Of a stretch of 64,000 nt of DNA, positions 55,858 to 64,000 are shown one piece after another. How positions within the stretch are numbered: position 1 is the first letter of the stretch; each line of letters opens with the position of its first letter. Source of the DNA: a virus. Made by a program: the position numbers and the translations under genes. The stretch covers positions 37,689 to 101,688 of IMG/VR virus record IMGVR_UViG_3300030061_002429; one strand, written 5' to 3'. The notes beneath the pieces are model-generated. The model did no database searches. It was not told where the DNA came from and saw only the letters and a program-made list of their open reading frames with translations.

Positions 55858-56105
55858 TCCTCCTCGTTCATGTAATCAGGTATGTTCATCGGTATCAGTG
55901 ATGCTCGGTTGGGTACGACGTACGATGGTCCGACATCCGATAGGTCGTTGAATAACTCCCATCCACGAGTCGTCTTGCGTACCATGTAGCCCACGTATCG
56001 CTCGTCACCGTTCTCAACGAAGGTCACTTGATACCAATGTGGGTTCACTCGTTGCATCTCATACCAATGCGTTGTGCTTAATACCAGTCTGTAATAGTCA
56101 TCCAT
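55854..56105 (-). CDS. hypothetical protein
   Basis: Start MDDYY follows promoter copy 6. Confidence 0.65.
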   Translation of the reverse strand: MDDYYRLVLSTTHWYEMQRVNPHWYQVTFVENGDERYVGYMVRKTTRGWELFNDLSDVGPSYVVPNRASLIPMNIPDYMNEEE

Positions 56106-56119
56106 AGTTCTCATCTCCA

Positions 56120-56140
56120 TTCTCTTTGCCAATTTATAAA
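56120..56140 (-). promoter_or_regulatory. repeated promoter cassette copy 6
   Basis: TTTATAAATTGGCAAAGAGAA then TGGAGATGA. Confidence 0.75.
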
Positions 56141-56166
56141 GCAGTGATTGATGATAGTCATCAGAC

Positions 56167-57480
56167 TCACGCATCAGCCTCCGCCTTTTCCTTCTTCACA
56201 CGCTGGATGTGCAAAGGCAACTTAGGGAGGTTATCATACATACCACTGTAGTTGCTCTTGCTCGCAGGTGCTTTGAGAAATTCTTTGAACATGTCTTGGG
56301 GTGTGGGTAAATCTTCAACAAACACATCGGGCTTGAGTCGTAACTCGTAACTCATTCTCTCCAACACACTCGTTACCTGTTGGTCTGTGATGTTGAACTC
56401 TTCATCAACCTCTCGATACACTGGGTACGCACCCGATGGTAGTGGCAATGCTTCCACCAACATGTCCCTGTATTGTTGGGCAGTGGTTTTATCAGCAAAG
56501 ATGTAAGGTGTTGATACACTACTTGTATCGAAACGTGGGTAGTACTCCCACTTGTGTGTCGTGTAGTTGTATGAACGACTGTGACCTAACGTACCGCCAA
56601 CGACTGTGACTGAAAAGTACGTCAACTCCTCGACAGGTTTCCAGTGATACTTGTTCACCGCTATACCCCAATAGTCTGTCGTGTTCTTTACAGCATACTC
56701 CCAGCCGTTGATGGTGTCACCAATCTTACGGTTGAACGAGTTGCTTACAAGAACTTCTTGACGTACAGTTTCCAACCATGACCACTCTCGCCACTCGAAT
56801 GTACGACCTCGACCCACTGATGTTTGTCTACATCTTCCGTTCTTGACCATGCGATTGAAACCTTTGTTGATACAGCGAAGCAATTCTTTCTCACCATCCT
56901 TGTCAGTAAGCACTCGTATCAAACCACGCCAGTCTGAATCCGATACTTCTGTTAGGTGTTTGGTTGATTGCCAATTCCTAAAGTGTGAACGATTCTTCTC
57001 CCACGATGAAATCAACTTACCACGATACAGTGGGGTTAATGCACCTGTTGAGCCGTTGCTTTCTTTCATCTCCTTCCATGTGCTTCCACTGTTAATCCGT
57101 TCCAACAAATTCGTTCTCATGTGCCATGACATTCCACTCACCATCGGGTACTTACCGTGTTGCTCAAAGTACGCTTGATTCGTTTTGTCCTCGACCTTTG
57201 TATCAACGAGAGCAAACAATCGTGTGTCGTACCAAAAGGCACGTCGTGTCTGTTCGTTGATGCAATCCTTTGCTGTCACTTGCACATCAGGTCCGAGTGA
57301 CATCAGTGTATAGGTCAGCGCAATGTCCATTGCACATGACCTGCGACACATGTCTTTGGTCTTACCAATACCAAGTGTCGATATAATCTCATCATCGGTG
57401 AAGCGTAAGGATGTACCTACTAACCCTACCCTTTCCCATTCATTTGCGCTTCTATGTGTGTTGTGGTGTGTTCGTCCCAT
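56167..57480 (-). CDS. hypothetical protein (437 aa)
   Basis: Long ORF alone between promoter copies 7 and 6. Confidence 0.8.
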   Translation of the reverse strand: MGRTHHNTHRSANEWERVGLVGTSLRFTDDEIISTLGIGKTKDMCRRSCAMDIALTYTLMSLGPDVQVTAKDCINEQTRRAFWYDTRLFALVDTKVEDKTNQAYFEQHGKYPMVSGMSWHMRTNLLERINSGSTWKEMKESNGSTGALTPLYRGKLISSWEKNRSHFRNWQSTKHLTEVSDSDWRGLIRVLTDKDGEKELLRCINKGFNRMVKNGRCRQTSVGRGRTFEWREWSWLETVRQEVLVSNSFNRKIGDTINGWEYAVKNTTDYWGIAVNKYHWKPVEELTYFSVTVVGGTLGHSRSYNYTTHKWEYYPRFDTSSVSTPYIFADKTTAQQYRDMLVEALPLPSGAYPVYREVDEEFNITDQQVTSVLERMSYELRLKPDVFVEDLPTPQDMFKEFLKAPASKSNYSGMYDNLPKLPLHIQRVKKEKAEADA

Positions 57481-57493
57481 ATTTCTCATCTCC

Positions 57494-57515
57494 TTTCTCT
57501 TTGCCAGTTTATATA
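57494..57515 (-). promoter_or_regulatory. repeated promoter cassette copy 7
   Basis: TATATAAACTGGCAAAGAGAAA then GGAGATGA. Confidence 0.75.
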
Positions 57516-58763
57516 TCAGTTCTTACTTTTACAATCAAAGCATGTCACTGTGGAATCCGTAGTGTCAATCATATAGATGTAACGCACAGGCTTGTGCTTG
57601 AGGCACACAGTGCATTGCACTGTAGCCTCGTTGTCTTTCTTAGGTGGTTTGAATACCAGTGGTTTTGCACCAGTGCGTAGTTCAGCATTCGCACGTTCAA
57701 CAGTACAAGATGCACAGGAATCATCACCCTCCTCAATGTAATGCTCACGCACGTTGAGGTCACGGTCACAGTCTAAGCATATCTTCTTGTCTTTGCTCTC
57801 GGCTTCTCTCGTTGTGTCGTAATCACAATCCATACAGATACCGTAGTCATCCACATGGTCATTACCACAAGCAGGACACACGTATATCTTCACATCAGGT
57901 GCGCCACCAATAGCAAGGCCACAAGAAGGACAGTCACCATACTCGTAGTCTGTTGCGCTAAGAAAGTTGCCACAGCCTTCACAGATGTCATCATCATCTT
58001 GTGAACCTGTGGCCGACTCAAAATGTGTGTCGCCCCATTTCTTGTAGGGATTGTACCCAGTGTAGTACGAGGTGCTGTACTTCTCAATCTTCGCCTCCCC
58101 TACTGGTAGGTCACACACATCAGCGATGTACTGCTGTTGAGCAGTGGTTTCGACAGCGTGGTGGCAGTGTGCATCACGCACCCAATCAATGAGTTGCCCA
58201 GCAGTGGTGATGCCTGATGCCTCACGTTCTTCTGTGGTGAAAGTAAGATAGCGGAAGATGCACAACTGCACACCAGTCCGACCATGCCCACCCGCACACT
58301 GAACAGACACACGAGTAAGTTTATGCTCACGTATGTCATCAAGTAGTGCATACCAAAACAACACTGGTGAAGCAGGGATGCCAAAGTCGGGGAAGTCCAA
58401 GTGGATGAACAACGGTTCGGGTTCGGGCGAACCGACGAACTCGGCGCACGAGAAACCATCGGGTACAGTGGTGTCATCTGATGATGCAGGTGTACCATGC
58501 ATTGTTTCGCTCGGACCCATTGCAAGGTCGGGTAGTGGCGACATCTTGTGCCAACCACCTGCACGATTCTTACCACCGCCGAAGAAGGTGATGCCATCTG
58601 ATGTAGTAAAGATGGGCTTCTGTCCTGTGTGGCACGATGTCTTGTCCCACTTGTTTTTCTTCGTCGTTGTATTTGTAATTGGTTTCATGTTTTTTCCTCC
58701 TGTATTTTTCTTGTTCTTTCGTTGTTGCTTTCGTGTCTTGCGTTTGTTACGTCGTCCCATCAT
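57516..58763 (-). CDS. CX5R phosphatase with multiple C-terminal zinc ribbons
   Basis: FPDFGIP acid loop, VQCAGGHGRTG, VETTAQQQY; 8 CxxC motifs. Confidence 0.85.
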   Translation of the reverse strand: MMGRRNKRKTRKQQRKNKKNTGGKNMKPITNTTTKKNKWDKTSCHTGQKPIFTTSDGITFFGGGKNRAGGWHKMSPLPDLAMGPSETMHGTPASSDDTTVPDGFSCAEFVGSPEPEPLFIHLDFPDFGIPASPVLFWYALLDDIREHKLTRVSVQCAGGHGRTGVQLCIFRYLTFTTEEREASGITTAGQLIDWVRDAHCHHAVETTAQQQYIADVCDLPVGEAKIEKYSTSYYTGYNPYKKWGDTHFESATGSQDDDDICEGCGNFLSATDYEYGDCPSCGLAIGGAPDVKIYVCPACGNDHVDDYGICMDCDYDTTREAESKDKKICLDCDRDLNVREHYIEEGDDSCASCTVERANAELRTGAKPLVFKPPKKDNEATVQCTVCLKHKPVRYIYMIDTTDSTVTCFDCKSKN

Positions 58764-61117
58764 TCTTCCTCCGATGTAGTTACCTGCTGGAATGTGTCAA
58801 TGTATTCACTGCTGAACATGAGTGAATAGAAGTGAGCAAAGGCTTCACTCGATTTCTGTTTGTGGTATGGGGTCATCAAGTTCCATTTGCTTTCAATGTC
58901 CTTGCCCATGTCGAGAGTCTTGGTGATGAATGATTCATTCAATGTACCCTTACCTCGCAGTGCTTGCTTGAGTATGACCACACCCGCATACATGATGTTG
59001 GATTGTGTTTCATCAACAGTGGATATTGTTGGGAAGTCCAAGTCAAGTTTAGTTGCACTGGGCTTTATCTTGTACAATGGTAGGTCCATTTGGATGTTGT
59101 TGAATACCATGTCTTTACACTTCCCACAGTAGGCTGAACCACATGGAATGAATGTGTCCATTGTATGACTGCCGTTTGTACCGTGACCGTGGAACTTGTC
59201 GTACCCTACAATTGTATCTTCAAGTACCCGCATCTCTTTGGGTATGTCCTTGCGTACAAAGATAGGTTTGGTACGAAGGTCATCTTCCGATATGTTCTCA
59301 ACATACTTGAGGATGTGAGTAACGTCAGTGGATGGGAAGTCTGTGTCCTCATTGAATTGATACGCATCGAAAGCGGAGTAGTACACACGGAAGAATTCAT
59401 GAGGGTTCAAAACAATATTGGATGCATTAGTACCCCAGTCGAGTGCTGTCTTGGATAGGAACTTGTTGAAGAAGAAACCAGTGTTGTGTATGTTGTTCTC
59501 ACACAGGTTGGCTTCACCAATAACATCGAGCATGTTCTTCTCGGTAGGTTTGTTCATGTAACGCTTGATGGACTGTGCAAGTTTGAGTGTGTTGTCCACC
59601 GACTTCTTGTACTTCGCACCACCGTAACCATTCGACCAACCGCCGTAGTACTTCTTGCTCGTCCACTTGAGTAGTGCGATGATGGAGTCGAGGGTGATAG
59701 GTTCGTTCTCAATGGCTGTGTAGTAGTGCTTACGATTACCCGATAGAACGTCACCCGATTGTTTCTGTGCTTCCTTACCATAGATGGATGCAACCACGAG
59801 TGGTGTCATGTAGTTGTGCTTATCGGAACGCATACCTGCGGAGTGTCGCAACTCACCAACAGATACGGACAGCCCTGCATTGACAAGCCAACCGACAAAC
59901 ACACCACCGAAGAAGGCAGTGTTGGATGGGTCAATCAATGGCGCACCAATGAACTGATGGAAGTGATTGGAGAGCCAACCATGTTGGCGAGCGAAACGAT
60001 ACAGTCCTACGTTAAGTCCCTGCTTGAACGCATCACTGAACTCGAATGGATTGTATGGCATGGCCTTCAACTTCATGTTGGTTGTCACCCAACCCGATGC
60101 AACCTCTTTCCATGACTGTCCGACCTCAACCTCATTGACGATGTAAGGAACTCCATACTTACGGCACTGCCCTGCATGGTGGGACAGGTGAGATGCACCT
60201 GTACCAATGTGTGATACAACTGTACCCTTTGGTGGGTCGCTACGTAGCAACTCTTCAAGGCGAGCCAACTCTTCGTCGCCTGAATTGTGAACTGTGTGTA
60301 CGGCCTTGACCTTGACCTTACCTTGTGGAATCGAACCGTTGATGGTCACACCCGCAGGTGGAGTGAGCAGTGGAGTGTGTCCTGATGAGCCACGCAACTG
60401 AACGATGTAAGATGCGTGATTCACTGCATAAGAGTTACGAACATTGGTACGGTCTTTGTACCCATCACTCATTTGCGAGATAAATTCCAACTCAATGTGA
60501 GCAGGGTCAATGGAGAGTTCTTCCAAGTTTTTCCTTGTCGCATAGTCACCTGTATGTGGGAGAGCAAGGCGAAGGGTTGCGCTCCCTGCTGTGATACCAT
60601 CGTGGCTGTCACCCATCATGATGTATGAGTTGGGTGCAACAACTGCTGATGCATCAGCGTTGATGAATGGTTGAATAATGATGCAACCGAATGGGTCAAT
60701 GAGTCCGTGGTCGTATGCTGTAGTATCGGCTGTATCAACGGACAACATCTTGTCGATGATGCGAACAATGGTTTCACGCAACTCTTCTGTGGAATGTGCG
60801 GGTGATGACTCCAACACACCGGGGCGTGGAGTGAGTGGACACGCACGAACAAAGAGTGGTCTGTTCTTGGTGGGAGAACCAACATGTAGTTGGATGCTCT
60901 CAACTTGTTTGTCAATGAGTGCGTCGTCAAGGAAGACTCCCTTGAGTCTTTCACTCATCTCTTCATTACTAACCGTACTCGAAAGTGCTTCCACGAGTTT
61001 TAAATCTTCTACGAGATTGATACGATGGGTGACAAGTGGTTGCCAATACCCACTCATCATCCCTGCTTCGTGTGCCTTCGTGTACTTCGCCAATGCTTCT
61101 GCCTTCTGTGATGTCAT
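58760..61117 (-). CDS. PEP-synthase/PPDK-like dikinase (ATP-grasp + phospho-His swivel + unknown C-terminal domain)
   Basis: FVRAC...PGVLES, IIQPFINA..SAV, IELEF, YIVQLRG, LSHHAGQCRKYGVPYIV. Confidence 0.7.
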   Translation of the reverse strand: MTSQKAEALAKYTKAHEAGMMSGYWQPLVTHRINLVEDLKLVEALSSTVSNEEMSERLKGVFLDDALIDKQVESIQLHVGSPTKNRPLFVRACPLTPRPGVLESSPAHSTEELRETIVRIIDKMLSVDTADTTAYDHGLIDPFGCIIIQPFINADASAVVAPNSYIMMGDSHDGITAGSATLRLALPHTGDYATRKNLEELSIDPAHIELEFISQMSDGYKDRTNVRNSYAVNHASYIVQLRGSSGHTPLLTPPAGVTINGSIPQGKVKVKAVHTVHNSGDEELARLEELLRSDPPKGTVVSHIGTGASHLSHHAGQCRKYGVPYIVNEVEVGQSWKEVASGWVTTNMKLKAMPYNPFEFSDAFKQGLNVGLYRFARQHGWLSNHFHQFIGAPLIDPSNTAFFGGVFVGWLVNAGLSVSVGELRHSAGMRSDKHNYMTPLVVASIYGKEAQKQSGDVLSGNRKHYYTAIENEPITLDSIIALLKWTSKKYYGGWSNGYGGAKYKKSVDNTLKLAQSIKRYMNKPTEKNMLDVIGEANLCENNIHNTGFFFNKFLSKTALDWGTNASNIVLNPHEFFRVYYSAFDAYQFNEDTDFPSTDVTHILKYVENISEDDLRTKPIFVRKDIPKEMRVLEDTIVGYDKFHGHGTNGSHTMDTFIPCGSAYCGKCKDMVFNNIQMDLPLYKIKPSATKLDLDFPTISTVDETQSNIMYAGVVILKQALRGKGTLNESFITKTLDMGKDIESKWNLMTPYHKQKSSEAFAHFYSLMFSSEYIDTFQQVTTSEEE

Positions 61118-61144
61118 ACTTTAACCTCCATTGTTTTCATCCTC

Positions 61145-61166
61145 TTTCTCTTTGCCGATTTATAAA
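61145..61166 (-). promoter_or_regulatory. repeated promoter cassette copy 8
   Basis: TTTATAAATCGGCAAAGAGAAA then GAGGATGA. Confidence 0.8.
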
Positions 61167-63770
61167 TCAAACCGATTCAGTCCTCTTTTTCTTCTCAAGG
61201 AAATCGGATGGAATGTCGCCGTCTTGTATCATCTTAGCGATGAGCATGTTGGATATACCTACACGTTCATCCACTGTGCCACCGTCAAGCACAGCCTGTA
61301 CAACCTTACGCTTCTGTTCGATGACGTAGTTGAACTTCTCGTCAATGGTGTTCTCGACGGACAAGTACACCGCACTTACTGAATTACTCTCTTGACCGAT
61401 ACGGTTCACTCGGTCTTCGGCTTGCTCCTCGTATGCGGGAACCCACTCACGTTCAACGAACAAGGTGGTGTCGGATGCTGTAAGTGTGATGCCCTCCTTC
61501 GCTGCGATGGTCGAGCATACGAGTACCATGAGGTCGCCACGTTGGAATGCTTCGACTTGTTGCTGTCGCTTCTGTGCTGGCATGTCACCTGCGATAGCAC
61601 CGACCTTACCACGTAGGTTCTCGTCCTCACGTAGTGTGGTAAAGATGCTTTGAAGAATGTCACGATGATGTGCGAAGACAACGATGGGCTTACCGCTAAT
61701 CTCCACGTAGTCTTTGACGTACTGGATGGCATGGTCAACCTTCATGCGACCACACTCATGACGTAGGTCAGTCAGCATGTTGAGAACGAATCCTTTGGGT
61801 AGTGTACCGTAGTGTCGGTGTGCATCATACTCGTCAAGCCACTTGCGAAGCAGGGCGTTGTAGTCCTTGGTTTGTTGCGACGTTGGATTGATGTAGTGAA
61901 GCGAGCGTACTTTAGCAGGTAATTCAGTAAGCACCTCGCTCTTGAGTCTACGAATACAGAAGTCACGAGTACGATTGTGCAACTCGTCTGTGTTGGATGC
62001 ACCATTGAAGTCCCATGCGAACCTGCCTCGACCAATTGGTTTCTGATGTCCGTCGCAGTATCGTTTGCCGTACTCATAGAAGTTGCTGAACTCGTTGGGG
62101 CGTAGGAGATTGAGTGTGGTATAGAATTCGTTTGGTCTGTTGGTGATGGCCGTACCTGAAAGACAGATGACCGACTCGGATTGCTTGGCAATCTCAAGCA
62201 CTGCTTGTGTGCGTTGAGCCTTGCTGTTCTTGAGGTAGTGCGACTCATCACATACAACAATGTTGAAACCATAGTCAAGCAGTTGCTCACGTCGCCGTGA
62301 GATGAGGTCGTAGTTTGCGATGACAACATTGCAGTGGCGAGGGATGTCACCCTTCCATCCACTAAGGACTTCGACCTTCCATTCAGGTAGCCATGCCTTG
62401 ACTTCCTTCTCCCAGTTGTACTTGACCGATGCTGGACAGACAACCAGTGCAGGTGTGTTGTGCATGTTCAATGCTATGTGTGCGATGGCTTGGATGGTCT
62501 TACCGATTCCCATGTCATCACCAATCAAGGCACGACCATGTGCGAGTTGAGCGAACTTAACTCCGACGTACTGGAAGGGGTACAGTTCACGGTCATCGGG
62601 AAACGATTCAATGAGTATGTCCTTGATGTCTTGGATGGCTTCGTCGTCATCGAGTACGGATGCACTGCTGATGGCGATGCGTTCAGCACGCTCCCGCATG
62701 TAGGATGCGACTTCGGGTATGGCTTCGATGGCATCAGCAATCTCAACGAGATAAGGTACAGCAGACTTAGAGAAGAACCTGCCTTCTTGTTTCTTACGAA
62801 TCCTATCAACGAGTGGTGATGCTTCGGACAATGCAATGCTCCATGTCTTGTCATCAGGATTGAACTTGCGACCCTGTGTTTCTTTGATGTGGCTCAGTGT
62901 CAGGGTACGCTTTACTGGGTCTTGAATGAACGGCCATTGTAAGATGACGCTTGTGCCTTGTAAGCGTGCGCTTACTTGCGTGACTGAAGGGGCTTCGGGC
63001 TTGGCTTGATTGAACTCGGCTGTGAGTTGCTCGGCATTGATGTACACACCTTCTTCTTTGAAGCGTTGGCGTACGAGGTCAAGTGTTTCCTGTGTGTTCT
63101 CGATGGTCCACTTCTTGAGGTCGCCATTGAACTTGACCTTCGGGAATGGTGCAACGGACTTGAGTATGTTGTTCCAGTCTGTGTTGAATGGATAGGACAG
63201 ACCAATGCGTACGCTTGTGAACTCCTTGCCGTATCGGTTCTTCCATACGTCATTGACATGGAAGGCTGTGATGGTTGGTACGCTTGTACTCTCCAACAAA
63301 TCCATAGCGTACTGCTCACTGATTGGCGATTGTCCTGATGCGTATTCGTTGTACATGAGTTGTACAGATGGGACAGAAGGCTTCTCTCCAGTTGCGAGCA
63401 TGTGCCTACGGATGTGGTCTTTTGTCGCTTTGTCGAATGGTCGCATGGCTTCTCGCTTGGCACGAAGTGCTTCTTGCTCACGCTCGTACTTCTCTTTGGC
63501 AACCTCGCCACGCTTGCGTAGGTCGTCAAGGAATGCATCGACTGAACCTTCAATGCCAGCGTCACGTAGGATGGAAGGCATCTGTGTGTTGCGGTACTTG
63601 TAGAATCGTTCCGATGCTTCGATGAGTTCACGCTCAACGAGTTGCTCTTGGTGTGCAAGGCGTGAGAAGAAAGGCCAGTCAGGTTTGTTCGGACCTACGT
63701 CATCCTTGTGGTCGGGCGCACCGTAGCCCACGAAGGTTCGTATCATTTGATGTATGGTATCAGCGTTCAT
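61167..63770 (-). CDS. SNF2-family helicase, SMARCAL1/HARP-like
   Basis: LYPFQ, GDDMGIGKT, CDESH, LSGT, QAEDRVNRIGQ; two HARP-like segments (KFNGDLKKWTI, KFNPDDKTWSI). Confidence 0.9.
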   Translation of the reverse strand: MNADTIHQMIRTFVGYGAPDHKDDVGPNKPDWPFFSRLAHQEQLVERELIEASERFYKYRNTQMPSILRDAGIEGSVDAFLDDLRKRGEVAKEKYEREQEALRAKREAMRPFDKATKDHIRRHMLATGEKPSVPSVQLMYNEYASGQSPISEQYAMDLLESTSVPTITAFHVNDVWKNRYGKEFTSVRIGLSYPFNTDWNNILKSVAPFPKVKFNGDLKKWTIENTQETLDLVRQRFKEEGVYINAEQLTAEFNQAKPEAPSVTQVSARLQGTSVILQWPFIQDPVKRTLTLSHIKETQGRKFNPDDKTWSIALSEASPLVDRIRKKQEGRFFSKSAVPYLVEIADAIEAIPEVASYMRERAERIAISSASVLDDDEAIQDIKDILIESFPDDRELYPFQYVGVKFAQLAHGRALIGDDMGIGKTIQAIAHIALNMHNTPALVVCPASVKYNWEKEVKAWLPEWKVEVLSGWKGDIPRHCNVVIANYDLISRRREQLLDYGFNIVVCDESHYLKNSKAQRTQAVLEIAKQSESVICLSGTAITNRPNEFYTTLNLLRPNEFSNFYEYGKRYCDGHQKPIGRGRFAWDFNGASNTDELHNRTRDFCIRRLKSEVLTELPAKVRSLHYINPTSQQTKDYNALLRKWLDEYDAHRHYGTLPKGFVLNMLTDLRHECGRMKVDHAIQYVKDYVEISGKPIVVFAHHRDILQSIFTTLREDENLRGKVGAIAGDMPAQKRQQQVEAFQRGDLMVLVCSTIAAKEGITLTASDTTLFVEREWVPAYEEQAEDRVNRIGQESNSVSAVYLSVENTIDEKFNYVIEQKRKVVQAVLDGGTVDERVGISNMLIAKMIQDGDIPSDFLEKKKRTESV

Positions 63771-63874
63771 TGTATCGACCTCTCTCTCTTTGCCGAGTTA
63801 TAAAGCAACTTAACTGCGATGGTAATGTACACTGCTCCGACGAACAGAAGGGGGAACACTTCGACCATGTTCAT
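63767..63874 (-). CDS. 35-aa membrane peptide spanning promoter copy 9
   Basis: MNMVEVFPLLFVGAVYITIAVKLLYNSAKRERSIQ*; ATGA overlaps at both ends. Confidence 0.45.
   Translation of the reverse strand: MNMVEVFPLLFVGAVYITIAVKLLYNSAKRERSIQ
63783..63804 (-). promoter_or_regulatory. repeated promoter cassette copy 9
   Basis: TTTATAACTCGGCAAAGAGAGA. Confidence 0.7.
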
Positions 63875-63999
63875 GCTGTCACCTCAATCCAGTTGCCGTC
63901 CCATGCCTCACCATTGAGATACCATTGGAAGTCACGTTGGTTAATACTTACATGAGGTATAGCGTTGAGTCGTTCTTTGGTTGTGACCGTAGGCCAACC
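63871..63999 (-). CDS. 3' part of conserved phage protein (partial), ends EVTA
   Basis: GWPTVTTKERLNA...QRDFQWY. Confidence 0.7.
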   Translation of the reverse strand, partial: GWPTVTTKERLNAIPHVSINQRDFQWYLNGEAWDGNWIEVTA

Positions 64000-64000
64000 C

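Noticed and set aside
1-64000. Integrase, attachment sites or transposase indicating a provirus or IS
   Set aside because: None recognised; no flanking host housekeeping block is present.

Overview
A 64 kb segment of a tailed dsDNA archaeal virus. The gene content (group II chaperonin, PriS-PriL fusion, PolB, PCNA, RFC, RPA-like, ERCC4, Cas4-like, giant LamG virion protein) and the archaeal TATA and GGTGA/GGAGG signals best fit a Magrovirus infecting Marine Group II Euryarchaeota (Poseidoniales); this is inferred without database searches. The + strand (1-28.36 kb) is the tail/virion module. The - strand carries a chaperonin and replication module (28.3-46 kb) and an early/accessory region (46-64 kb). 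Most notable observations: (1) a tandem array of 7 genes built from two constant DNA boxes with shuffled variable segments; (2) a dikinase-like gene coupled to a CX5R phosphatase, plus a second phosphatase and a HipA/PI3-4K-like kinase; (3) two copies of a covarying intergenic structured-RNA motif; (4) two ADP-ribosyltransferase-like genes with an identical 33-nt leader followed by PIP-box-like motifs; (5) a 9-copy promoter cassette. All functional calls come from motif recognition by eye. Several starts were corrected relative to the ORF track using RBS and stop/start overlap logic.
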